A stretch of DNA of 64,000 nucleotides, taken from NCBI GenBank assembly GCA_009835395.1, contig VXXM01000068.1:1494-65493 (forward strand). Direction: 5' to 3'. Both the position numbers and the translations under genes were made by a program. Below, one piece after another: positions 48,687 to 57,109 of this stretch; position 1 is the first letter of the stretch, and every line of letters starts with the position of its first letter. The notes under the pieces were generated by a model. The model was not told the origin of the DNA. It was given only the letters and a program-made list of their open reading frames with translations, and ran no database searches. This DNA comes from Acidimicrobiia bacterium. GTDB taxonomy: Bacteria; Actinomycetota; Acidimicrobiia; Acidimicrobiales; CATQHL01.

Positions 48687-49523
48687 GAAGTGGTGCAGGA
48701 CGTCGCGGGTCGTGGCTGCGGCGGTGGCGATCTCGTCCTGCGTGGCGTCGCTATCGACGATGTCGACGAGTGCCTCCACCTGGTTCAGCACGGCCCGCCA
48801 GGTGCGAGCCTCGAAGCCGAACGGCAGGGCGAGCTGCACGATCTCCTCACTGCTCCGGGCCAGGTTGCGGTTGCCCTTGCGGTCGCGGGGGTTCCGCTGC
48901 AGCCGGTCGCTCGCCACAAACAGCCGCGACAGCACCTCGTGGGCGTCGACGCCGTCGAGCCCCGGCCCGAACTCACCGGAATCGCCCTCGCCGTCGTCAC
49001 CCGCCAGCTTGTCGAAGAGCTTCTCGACCCGCGCCTCGTCGGCCACAGCAACCTGCAGGTCACCGTCCTCGTCGAATCCGTAGGCGATGCCGGCGGAGTC
49101 GAGTGCGCCGGTGAGGCGGCCCACGTAGTCGTCGTCGAAGTCGGAGATCTCGTAGGCCACCCGCGGGGCGTCGTCGGGCAGCGCCGGGGCGGCGGCCCGG
49201 TCGACGGCCCCCACGAGGGTGTCCACCTGCTCCTCGTCGGCCTCCCGCACCACCAGCACCGCACCCTGCCAGGCGTGCGGCAGGCCGGCGCCCAGCAGCA
49301 GGCTCTCCATCATCGAGCGGGACTGCGAGGAGTACTCGTGCAGGTCGTACTCGAGCTGGTCCTCGTCGGCCTCGCCCACGTCGGCCACATCGGCCGGCGG
49401 TTCGCTCACCGTGGCGACGCCGCACTCCACGCAGGACGCAACCTCGGCCGCGTAACCCGCACCGCACTGGAAGCACCACACCTGTGACTCGGAGCCGCCC
49501 ACGCCGCTGCTGCACACAACCAT
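48681..49523 (-). CDS. Acidic hypothetical protein with an N-terminal zinc-ribbon (280 aa)
   Basis: N-terminus reads CFQCG...14 aa...CVECG. The rest is a highly acidic body. The start is the ATG at 49523. The remainder of the 555-aa ORF is antisense to glpX. Confidence 0.6.
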   Translation of the reverse strand: MVVCSSGVGGSESQVWCFQCGAGYAAEVASCVECGVATVSEPPADVADVGEADEDQLEYDLHEYSSQSRSMMESLLLGAGLPHAWQGAVLVVREADEEQVDTLVGAVDRAAAPALPDDAPRVAYEISDFDDDYVGRLTGALDSAGIAYGFDEDGDLQVAVADEARVEKLFDKLAGDDGEGDSGEFGPGLDGVDAHEVLSRLFVASDRLQRNPRDRKGNRNLARSSEEIVQLALPFGFEARTWRAVLNQVEALVDIVDSDATQDEIATAAATTRDVLHHFV

Positions 49524-49641
49524 GGCTCCATGCTGACACGCCGGACGCCGTTCCCCAACGCGATCCCGCCGGCCGGGCGTCACCCCGCGTACCCCGCGCG
49601 GCGTCCCCGGCCGGGCCGGAGCCGGTCGGTAAGGTGCGGGC

Positions 49642-50613
49642 GTGGACTTCCAACCAGGGCGCAACCTGGCGCTCGAACTGGTGCGGGTCACCGAGGCGGC
49701 GGCGATCGGGGCGGCGCCGTGGATGGGGCGGGCCGACAAGATCGGGGTGGACGCCGCCGCTGTGGACGGCATGCGGCGAGCGCTCGGCGACGTGCACATG
49801 GACGGCATCGTGGTGATCGGCGAGGGCGAGAAGGACGAGGCCCCCATGCTGTTCAACGGCGAGCGCGTGGGCGACGGCTCCCCGCCGCTGTGCGACGTGG
49901 CGGTGGATCCCGTGGACGGCACGACCCTGGTGTCGCTGGGACGGGGCAACGCCCTGGCGGTGATCGCCGTGTCGAACCGCAACTCCATGTACGACCCGGG
50001 AGCCTGCGTGTACATGAACAAGATCGCCGTGGGCCCCGAGGCGGCGGGGCAGGTCGACATCGAGGCCTCCCCCACCGAGAACCTGCGCCGGGTGGCCGCC
50101 GCCAAGGGCGAGAAGATCTCCGACCTCACCGCCGTGATCCTCGACCGCCCGCGCCACGACGACCTCATCGCCGAGGTCCGCGAGGCGGGGGCGCGCATCC
50201 GCCTCATCCCCGACGGCGACGTGGCGGGCGCGCTGAGCACGGCGTGGCCGGAGTCGGGCGCCGACATCCTGTTCGGCATCGGCGGGACGCCCGAGGGCGT
50301 GATCTCCGCGGCGGCTCTCAAATGCATGGGCGGCGACATGCAGGGCAAGCTCTGGCCGCGGGACGACGCCGAGCGGTCGGCCGCTGAGGCGGCCGGCTAC
50401 GAACTCGACGCCGTGTTGGGCATCGACGATCTCGTGGCCGGCGACAACTGCTTCTTCGCCGCCACCGGCGTGACCAATGGCGACCTGCTGCGGGGCGTGC
50501 AGTTCCACCCGTGGGGAATCTCCACGCAGTCCCTGGTGATGCGCTCCCGCTCGGGCACGGTGCGCCTCATCAACACCCGCCACCGCCCGACCGGCAGCGA
50601 CCCCTACGCCTGA
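49642..50613 (+). CDS. glpX: Class II fructose-1,6-bisphosphatase
   Basis: Motifs ...[23 protein letters not shown]..., ...[14 protein letters not shown]..., ...AVDPVDGTT... and ...[19 protein letters not shown].... Confidence 0.93.
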   Translation: MDFQPGRNLALELVRVTEAAAIGAAPWMGRADKIGVDAAAVDGMRRALGDVHMDGIVVIGEGEKDEAPMLFNGERVGDGSPPLCDVAVDPVDGTTLVSLGRGNALAVIAVSNRNSMYDPGACVYMNKIAVGPEAAGQVDIEASPTENLRRVAAAKGEKISDLTAVILDRPRHDDLIAEVREAGARIRLIPDGDVAGALSTAWPESGADILFGIGGTPEGVISAAALKCMGGDMQGKLWPRDDAERSAAEAAGYELDAVLGIDDLVAGDNCFFAATGVTNGDLLRGVQFHPWGISTQSLVMRSRSGTVRLINTRHRPTGSDPYA

Positions 50614-50726
50614 GCCGGCACTCGAATCCGCTCCCGGCGGGAACCAGCGCCGAACGGCGAGCGTCGGAATGGGTGAGCGGCCCGATACCGGGTCGCTGCG
50701 CAACCGACGACACGGAGGCCGGATCG

Positions 50727-51608
50727 ATGGACGCCAACCCCAGGGTCACAGCCCCGCCAGGCGTCGCGGTCGCGCTGGCAGCGCTGGTCCTCCTGATCAC
50801 CGCCGGCTGCGGCAGCGCGACCGGGCCGGAGCAGGTCCGCACGACGGTGGCTCCCCCCGCACCCGCCGGCGAGGCCGTGGCGCCCGAGCCCGACACACCG
50901 GCCTCACCGCGGGGCGACGCCGAGGTGCGCGGCACGGTCACCTACCGGGAGCGCATCGCCCTCACGCCCGGGGCGACGCTCACCGTGCAGATCAGGGACA
51001 CCTCCTACGCCGACGCCGCCTCCGAACTGATTGCCGAGCAGGTCATCCCGAATCCGGGCCAGGTGCCGATCCGCTTCGAAGTCGCCTACGAGTCCGCCCG
51101 CATCGACCCGCGCAACACCTACTCCGTCTCGGCCCGGATCACCGAGGCCGACGGCCGCTTGGCGTTCATCAACGACACCGCCTACGACGTCATCACGCGG
51201 GACAATCCCTCCCGCGTCGACATGGTGCTGGTGATGGTCGAGCCCCCGCCCGAGATGGTCGACGGCGAGTGGAATCCCGGGGACGCCGGCCCGGTGGAAG
51301 CCCCGGTGACCGTCACCGGCACCGAGCTGCTCTGGGAAGGATCCGACCTCTACGTACGGGTCACTTTCGTCATCGCCGATCGGGACGGCTGCTACCGCCG
51401 GGGCCGCGAGGAGGCCATCGTCGACGGCACCACCATCAACGTGACAATCACCGCCTGGGTCCCACCACCGACCCCCTGGGCCATCGACTGCTCCAACAAG
51501 ACCCTCGAACTAGACGCCATCGCCCACGTAGACGCCCCGCTGACCCCCGGCCAGACCTACACCATCACCCTCAACGGCGAGCAATCCCTGACCTTCACAG
51601 CACGCTAA
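50727..51608 (+). CDS. Lipoprotein with a YbaY/YscW-like domain
   Basis: Signal peptide plus lipobox (LLITAGC). The YbaY-like segment reads VRGTVTYRERIALTPGATLTVQIRDTSYADAASELIAEQVI...PIRFEVAY.... Confidence 0.75.
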   Translation: MDANPRVTAPPGVAVALAALVLLITAGCGSATGPEQVRTTVAPPAPAGEAVAPEPDTPASPRGDAEVRGTVTYRERIALTPGATLTVQIRDTSYADAASELIAEQVIPNPGQVPIRFEVAYESARIDPRNTYSVSARITEADGRLAFINDTAYDVITRDNPSRVDMVLVMVEPPPEMVDGEWNPGDAGPVEAPVTVTGTELLWEGSDLYVRVTFVIADRDGCYRRGREEAIVDGTTINVTITAWVPPPTPWAIDCSNKTLELDAIAHVDAPLTPGQTYTITLNGEQSLTFTAR

Positions 51609-51665
51609 GGCTGCACTGAGCAACGGAAATTGGACGGCGCCCAACCCGTTGAGGCATCCGCTCGA

Positions 51666-52499
51666 CTACGACGGCCACGTGACGGTGTTCGACCTGTTCC
51701 CGTTCACGACAACCCACACCTGCTCGCCCGGATAACCGAAATAGCAGCCCCCGTTCTGCCACAAGGTCGAATCCGGCCAACGCCATCCAGCACTCCTACC
51801 GGCGGTCTGGTACCAGGGTTGACTCTGATCGCGGCTTGACCAGCACTCGACGCTGTACACGCCAGCAGGCGCATCCCCCAGATCGATCTCGAGCTCCCTG
51901 CAATAGCGGGAACTGCACCCCGGCCGACCCTGCGCGCTGTCACCGGACGCCAAACGCACGGACAACGGCGCATCGACGCTCCCACCAGACGATTCCTGCG
52001 TTGTCGACGGCGGCGAGGAGACCGCAGATGACTCGGTTGCGGCAGAATCCGGTGGCGTCGAGTCGGAAGGGGCTCCGCCATTTGAACCACCATTCGATCC
52101 GCCAGTGTTCACTGCGTTGCCGTTCCCGAATTGGCCAGGATCACTTGGAGGATAGTTAAACGTCTGGTAAATATTCTGGCTCTGCTGTTGGTCCTGCTGT
52201 TGGCCCTGCGCCTGCTCCAAGGCCAACTCCAAGTCCTGAACCTGCTCCTGAACCTGCGTCAGATTCTGCTCTAGAGCTTGGACCAGCCTCTGCTCCACCT
52301 CCAGCTTCTGCTCCAATTCCTGAACTACCGCCTGTTGCTGATTGATACCGAGGAAGTACGTTCCCGTCATCCCACCTGCAAGCAGCGTGAGTACCGAAAC
52401 AGCCTTCGCGAGTTGCGGTCTCGCACTACGTTTCTCGTTGCCAGACTCCTCAGAATTCCGCTGTGCAGTAGTCACGTCCATGCTCGCTGGTGTCCGCAT
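51666..52499 (-). CDS. Membrane-anchored Q/E-rich coiled-coil protein with a Cys-containing C-terminal domain, hypothetical
   Basis: TM helix (AVSVLTLLAGGMTGTYFLGI), heptad-like QELEQKLEVEQRLVQALEQNLTQVQEQVQDLELALEQAQGQQQDQQQ, a G/S/N/P-rich linker, then a ~95-aa domain with 4 Cys. The gene has atypically low G+C. An alternative ATG lies at 52481. Confidence 0.7.
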   Translation of the reverse strand: MRTPASMDVTTAQRNSEESGNEKRSARPQLAKAVSVLTLLAGGMTGTYFLGINQQQAVVQELEQKLEVEQRLVQALEQNLTQVQEQVQDLELALEQAQGQQQDQQQSQNIYQTFNYPPSDPGQFGNGNAVNTGGSNGGSNGGAPSDSTPPDSAATESSAVSSPPSTTQESSGGSVDAPLSVRLASGDSAQGRPGCSSRYCRELEIDLGDAPAGVYSVECWSSRDQSQPWYQTAGRSAGWRWPDSTLWQNGGCYFGYPGEQVWVVVNGNRSNTVTWPS

Positions 52500-52510
52500 A
52501 TGTGATACAC

Positions 52511-52525
52511 AATATAGTGATTATA
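52511..52525 (-). promoter_or_regulatory. Candidate sigma-70-type -10 elements on the minus strand (TGcTATAAT extended -10, then TATATT)
   Basis: The reverse complement of 52511-52528 reads TGCTATAATCACTATATT. This sits in a 60-nt stretch with 19/60 G+C directly upstream of the ATG at 52499. The short distance to the ATG suggests a short-leader or leaderless mRNA. Confidence 0.4.
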
Positions 52526-52804
52526 GCAAGGATTACGTATTAAATTTGAGCGTCGATTTGATGAGGGCTGACGGGCTGAGGCCATACTTTCGGGCCGAGC
52601 CCGCCACCACTGGTCACCGCGGTGCGATTACGGTGCACGTCGACCTATCGAAGGAGTCGCCGTGGACGTTCAGCAGGCCGGTGGCATCCGCGCCCGTCAC
52701 ATCGGACATTGTGGCGAGTTGGCTGTGCTGGTCGTAGTCCATGAGCCCGGCTCGCTCCCGCGATCGCAGGGCAGGGCGCAGAGGGTTACTCGTACGGCGA
52801 ACCC

Positions 52805-53728
52805 GTGACTCTCGACATCCCGGCCCGCCTGCAGGCGTGGCGCGCCCTACCTCACATTTCCGCTCGGTCGGTGCTCGCCACGATCGCCGTCGACGCCTCC
52901 GCGCCGGTCATCGACCGGATCTGGCTGTCGCAGGTGATCGAACTCGGCGAGCCCTTCGGCTTCAACTCGCGCTTGGTCCGCACATCGCTGTTCAGATTGG
53001 TGCAGGAGGGCTTGATCGAGAACGAGCGAACGGGCCGCCGCAGCCGCTATCGACTCGCGCCCAGCAGAGAGAGGGAGTACGCCGAGGTCTCCGCTCGCCT
53101 CTACCGCCACAACGTGCCACCGCTCGATGCCGAGTGGACCCTGGTCCTGTTCGACAGCAGCCGCGTCGCAGCTCGCGACCGGGACCGACTGGCGAGCCAC
53201 CTCGGATTGGTGGTGCTCGAGCGCGGCGTGCTGGCCTCCCCGATCCGCAGCACCAGGGCCGTCCGGCGAGTCCTCGACGAGGCGTTCCCGAACATCCTCG
53301 CGGCAGTGGTGCGCGCCGAGTTCTCCGACGTCGCCGAACTCGCAAGCAAGGGATTCTTCTCCACGGCCTTCGCCTTCGAGAGCACGGAGCAGGCCTTCGG
53401 GGAGTTCGTCGAGAGCTACAGCGAATTCCGGGGGACGTGCGAGGAGTTGTCACCCGTGGACGCTTTCCGCGCTCGGACGATGCTGATACACGACCTGCGC
53501 CGCATCGCACTACCGATGCCGGCTCTTCCCCGGGAGTTGCTCCCGTCGCCTTGGTCGGGTGACGACGCCTACGACCTGGCGACCGAGCTCTACCCGCCGC
53601 TGTGCGCAAGAAGCGCAAGCCTGCTCGCGGATATCCTCGAAGTCGACTATCCGGAGGCCTTCCCGGATCGCTTCCCCGCCCGGATACCCCACGATGCCCA
53701 GGACTCGAGAGCTCTGATCAACGGATGA
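52805..53728 (+). CDS. PaaX-family transcriptional regulator
   Basis: N-terminal wHTH (...ARSVLATIAVD...LVRTSLFRLVQEGLIENERTGRRSRYRL) and PaaX_C-like C-terminal (...FRARTMLIHDLRRIAL..P.LPRELLP..W.G). Confidence 0.8.
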   Translation: MTLDIPARLQAWRALPHISARSVLATIAVDASAPVIDRIWLSQVIELGEPFGFNSRLVRTSLFRLVQEGLIENERTGRRSRYRLAPSREREYAEVSARLYRHNVPPLDAEWTLVLFDSSRVAARDRDRLASHLGLVVLERGVLASPIRSTRAVRRVLDEAFPNILAAVVRAEFSDVAELASKGFFSTAFAFESTEQAFGEFVESYSEFRGTCEELSPVDAFRARTMLIHDLRRIALPMPALPRELLPSPWSGDDAYDLATELYPPLCARSASLLADILEVDYPEAFPDRFPARIPHDAQDSRALING

Positions 53729-53775
53729 GGTTGGGGGCGGCGGGAGAGTGCATCGGGGCACGTAGCGGCCGGGAG

Positions 53776-54564
53776 ATGCCGATGACCGAAGACACCTCCG
53801 GCTGGCTCACCGAGCGTTACCTGCGCCTCCCCGACGGTTCGTTCCCGCATCTGGGCGTCCGCGACGGTGACGTGGCCGCTGTGGCGCTGCTCTCAGGCAG
53901 CCCGGAGCGGGTGGAGTTGATGGCGGGGATGCTCGACAACGCCGAGCAGGTGGGCGATCGCCGCGGCTACGCGGTGTTCACCGGCTCTTTGGGGGGCGCC
54001 GGCTTGAGCGTCGCCACCAGCGGCGTGGGGTCGCCGTCGATGGCGATCGCCGTCGAGGAACTGGCCGCCTGCGGCGCATCGTGCTTCATCCGGGTGGGGA
54101 GCTGCGCCGCGCTGTCGCCCCGCATGCCGGTCGGCGCGATCGCCGTGGCAACCGGCGCGGTCAGCGACGAGGGCACCAGCCGCTACTACGCGCCCGGGAA
54201 CTTCCCACCCGTCGCCTCGCATCGCGTGACCGCTGCGCTGGTCGCCGCCGCGGCACGCCGCGGCACGCCGGTGCAAGTGGGCCTGACCCGCTCAACGGAC
54301 AGCTTCTACGAGGGTGAGCGCACCACTGAGGTGATCCGGCGCTGGAAGGATCTCGGCGTGCTCGCCTTCGAGATGGAGACGTCCTGCCTGTTCACCGCTG
54401 CCGCGGCGCTGGGCTGCGAAGCCGGCTCGGTGCTGTGCGCCGGCTCCGATCTGCTCACCGGCGAAGCCACCTATCAGGGCGACCGGCTCGAGGAGTACGC
54501 AGCCGGCCAGCAGGCGATGCTGGAATTCGCCCTGGCCGCAGCCGCCGACCTCGCCCGATCCTGA
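53776..54564 (+). CDS. Nucleoside phosphorylase, PNP_UDP_1 family (paralog 1)
   Basis: Motifs ...LLSGSPERVELMA..., ...ATSGVGSPSMAIAVEELAACG...FIRVGSCAAL and ...LAFEMETSCLF.... The start is the ATG at 53776 or 53782, after GGGAG. Confidence 0.8.
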   Translation: MPMTEDTSGWLTERYLRLPDGSFPHLGVRDGDVAAVALLSGSPERVELMAGMLDNAEQVGDRRGYAVFTGSLGGAGLSVATSGVGSPSMAIAVEELAACGASCFIRVGSCAALSPRMPVGAIAVATGAVSDEGTSRYYAPGNFPPVASHRVTAALVAAAARRGTPVQVGLTRSTDSFYEGERTTEVIRRWKDLGVLAFEMETSCLFTAAAALGCEAGSVLCAGSDLLTGEATYQGDRLEEYAAGQQAMLEFALAAAADLARS

Positions 54565-54657
54565 GGACCGCAGCGACCGCCCCCGAGTCACCGCGGCCCG
54601 CTCACCGGAATCGGCTGCTCCCCTGTCCGGATCGACGCGCGACCGCCAAACATCTGC

Positions 54658-54687
54658 TTGACCGTATGACTTGATCTATGACAGAAT
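54658..54687 (+). promoter_or_regulatory. Candidate promoter TTGACC-18 nt-(TGa)CAGAAT ending 6 nt before the GTG at 54694 (leaderless candidate)
   Basis: Read directly in the lower-G+C spacer at 54640-54693. Confidence 0.35.
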
Positions 54688-54693
54688 CGCACC

Positions 54694-55866
54694 GTGCGAG
54701 GGGGACATCGCCGAGGGGGACACCGGCACGGCACGGAGCCGGCCGCTCCGATCAGGGTCAGCGATTCCAGCAGGGTGCCGCTGGCGACCCAGATCGCCCG
54801 GCAGTTCATGTGGCAGGTGGCCTCGGGCAGGATCGCCGCCGGCAGCAACCTCCCCGTGATCGCCGAACTGGCGACCGAACTCGGCGTCAGCGTTCACACG
54901 GTCCGGGCCGCCTACCGGCAGCTCGCCGACGACGGCATCGTGTCGATCAGCCGCGGCTCCCGCACGCGGGTGCTGGGCTACGACAGGGATCGCGCCTCGA
55001 TCGGCAACGACTCCCACCCGAGCTACAGCATCGGCGTGATGGTGCCCGCCTTCACGGACTACTACGCCCACTACCTCCAGGCCCTCAGTCAGGAGGCCGA
55101 ACTCGAGGGCTGGCTGCCGATCATCTGCCAGACGCAGCACTACGACGCGCAGGTCGTGTCACGTCACCTCGACCAACTGTTCAGCCGCAACGTGGACGGC
55201 GTGATCCTGATCCACTTCACCGCCGCCGGGGACGAGGCGGTCGTGGGTGTCGTCGAGTCCTCGTCGGCCCTCCGACCCTTCGTGTTCGTCGACAGCGCCA
55301 ACATCGGGACGGGGTCGCACATCCTGGCCGATCGCACTTCCGACGCCTACGAGGCGACGATGCATCTGGTCTCTCACGGCCACCGCCGGATCGCGCACAT
55401 CGCCTCGCCGGCGGACTCGGTCTCGAACCTCCTCGGCGCCGGTTACTCCCGGGCGCTGGCCGCCGCCGATCTCCAAGCCGATGACCAACTCGTCGCCGGC
55501 GTGGCGGACTTCTCGCTCGAAGCGGGGGCGAAGGCTGCAACGCAGTTGCTGCTTGCCGAGCAGCCCCCCACCGCCATCTTCTGTGCCGGTGACATCCTGG
55601 CTCTCGGCGCGATCTCCGCGATTCACGAGCGCGGCCTCCGCGTTCCACAGGACATCGCCGTGATGGGCTACGGGGAGATCCCGCTGGCCCGCCTGGCCGC
55701 CCCGTCGCTGTCAACGGTGCGGCTGCCGGCGGACGAACTCGGATTCGAAGCGATCCGCACGCTCCACCAGGTGCTCCAGCACGGGAAGCCCCAACCACCG
55801 GTGACGGTGGCGACCGCGCTCATCACCCGGGAGTCCTGCAGCTGCCCGACTCCTTCCGGCGGATGA
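54694..55866 (+). CDS. AraR-type regulator with a GntR-family wHTH fused to a LacI/PBP1-type sugar-binding domain
   Basis: The N-terminal GntR HTH reads LATQIARQFMWQVASGRIAAGSNLPVIAELATELGVSVHTVRAAYRQLADDGIVSISRGSRTRV. A Peripla_BP-like body follows (...IGVMVPAFTDYY..., ...PTAIFCAGDILALGAISAIHERGLRVPQDIAVMGYGEIP...). The start is uncertain; the alternative GTG is the Val codon of VPLATQ, about 26 codons downstream. Confidence 0.8.
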   Translation: MRGGHRRGGHRHGTEPAAPIRVSDSSRVPLATQIARQFMWQVASGRIAAGSNLPVIAELATELGVSVHTVRAAYRQLADDGIVSISRGSRTRVLGYDRDRASIGNDSHPSYSIGVMVPAFTDYYAHYLQALSQEAELEGWLPIICQTQHYDAQVVSRHLDQLFSRNVDGVILIHFTAAGDEAVVGVVESSSALRPFVFVDSANIGTGSHILADRTSDAYEATMHLVSHGHRRIAHIASPADSVSNLLGAGYSRALAAADLQADDQLVAGVADFSLEAGAKAATQLLLAEQPPTAIFCAGDILALGAISAIHERGLRVPQDIAVMGYGEIPLARLAAPSLSTVRLPADELGFEAIRTLHQVLQHGKPQPPVTVATALITRESCSCPTPSGG

Positions 55867-55912
55867 TCGCAAGAGACCTCGACGCACGATTCCACAACGA
55901 AAGGGGAAACAA

Positions 55913-57040
55913 ATGAGACGTGCAAAGTACTGGAGTCGCTGGCTGGCGCTGCTCCTCGCAGTGGCCGTCGTCGCGGCCGCCTGTGGCGGGGACGACGAGG
56001 ACACCGCGGCACCCCCGGCGCCTCCGCCGGCTGCCGAACCTCCGGCACCGGCGCCCGAACCCGCACCCGAACCGGCACCTGAGCCGCCGCCACCGCCCGA
56101 ACCGGCACCTGAGCCGCCGCCACCGCCGGAGCCGGCCCCCGAGCCGGTGTCGGTCTCGCTGCGACTCCCGTGGTTCCCGAACGTCCAGTTCACGGGCTCG
56201 TTCGTCGCTCAGGCGAAGGGCTTCTTCGCCGACGAGGGCCTTGACGTGACGATCAATCCGGGCGGATTCGACGTGAACAGCATCACGCTCGTGGCGGCCG
56301 GCTCGGACACGTTCGGACTCCACGACACCAATTCGCTGCTGTTCGCGGCCGCCGAGGACATCCCCCTCATCACCGTCGCCACCTACTTCCACAAGCACCC
56401 GGGGGGTGTGATGGCGCTCGCCGACTCCGGCATCGAGACCCTCGAGGACTTCGTGGGCCGGAGGATCGGCTTCGCAGAGGGCGGGCCGTGGCAGCTCACC
56501 CAGGCCATGCTGGCCAAGAACGGCATCGATGTGAACGACATCGAGCAGGTCACGGTCGGCTTCGACCTGAGTGCCATCCTGAACGGCGACATCGACCTGC
56601 AGACGGTGTTCTTCACCAACCAGCCGGTCCTTGCCGAGGGCGAGGGCTACGAGGTCAACGTGTTCGTCCCCTATGACTACGGGATCGAGACCTCGGCGAA
56701 CGCGCTGTTCACCACCAAGGACTACTTCGAGTCCAACCCCGAGGTGGCGTGCGCGATGGTCCGTGCCATCTCCCGCGGCTGGGAATACGCCTTCGAGAAC
56801 CCCGAGGAGGCGCTGGACATCGTCATCGCGGTCGACCCCGAGAACCTCGACCGGGACAAGGAGCGCCGCAGCCTCGAAGTCACGAAGACCGTCGTGCTGA
56901 CGCCCGACGCCGTCGCCGACGGCATCGGCTCGATGAAGCACAGCCGTTGGGAGACCGTCGACGAGGTGCTCCGCGAATACGGCGGCCTCGAGGCGGAGGT
57001 GGACCTCAACTCGGTCTACTCCGACGCGTGCTACTCGTGA
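55913..57040 (+). CDS. ABC transporter substrate-binding lipoprotein, NMT1/THI5 (ThiY/NitT-TauT) type
   Basis: Lipobox LLLAVAVVAAACGG, a long Pro/Ala/Glu linker, then an NMT1-like body (LRLPWFPNVQFTGSFVAQAKGFFADEGLDV...). RBS AAAGGGGAAAC. Confidence 0.85.
   Translation: MRRAKYWSRWLALLLAVAVVAAACGGDDEDTAAPPAPPPAAEPPAPAPEPAPEPAPEPPPPPEPAPEPPPPPEPAPEPVSVSLRLPWFPNVQFTGSFVAQAKGFFADEGLDVTINPGGFDVNSITLVAAGSDTFGLHDTNSLLFAAAEDIPLITVATYFHKHPGGVMALADSGIETLEDFVGRRIGFAEGGPWQLTQAMLAKNGIDVNDIEQVTVGFDLSAILNGDIDLQTVFFTNQPVLAEGEGYEVNVFVPYDYGIETSANALFTTKDYFESNPEVACAMVRAISRGWEYAFENPEEALDIVIAVDPENLDRDKERRSLEVTKTVVLTPDAVADGIGSMKHSRWETVDEVLREYGGLEAEVDLNSVYSDACYS
56069..56128 (+). repeat. Tandem 30-nt direct repeat (2 copies, 29/30 identical) encoding EPAPEPPPPP x2 in the lipoprotein linker
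   Basis: Read directly: gaaccggcacctgagccgccgccaccgccc / gaaccggcacctgagccgccgccaccgccg. Confidence 0.9.
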
Positions 57041-57109
57041 ATGGCATGATGCGATTCCCGCTGTAGAGCGACAATCGTTAACACGACCGCCCGCTGACGG
57101 AGGAGCGCG

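Noticed and set aside
52561-52741. Two mutually exclusive short ORFs lie in the spacer between the low-G+C gene and the PaaX-like gene. One is on the plus strand from ATG 52561 (59 aa, the tail of ORF 52342..52737). The other is on the minus strand from ATG 52741 (42 aa, MDYDQHSQLATMSDVTGADATGLLNVHGDSFDRSTCTVIAPR).
   Set aside because: By my hand count third-position G+C is similar (~80%) for both, so composition cannot discriminate between them. Neither has an SD or a motif I recognise. They may be gene remnants, but I cannot support either as a feature.
55867-55912. I looked for a TPP or other riboswitch upstream of the ThiY/NMT1-type SBP gene, and for LacI/AraR-type palindromic operators at 55867-55912 and 57041-57109.
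   Set aside because: The spacer is only 46 nt and has no TPP-riboswitch core (no CUGAGA / ACCUGAUCUGGAUAAUGCCAGCG-like elements). The GTTAAC-centred sequence at 57075-57085 is not flanked by symmetric arms.
55990-56150. The repetitive GC-rich stretch could be a CRISPR-like or other noncoding repeat array.
   Set aside because: It is in frame inside the lipoprotein gene, encodes a Pro/Ala/Glu tether, has only two true repeat units and has no spacers.
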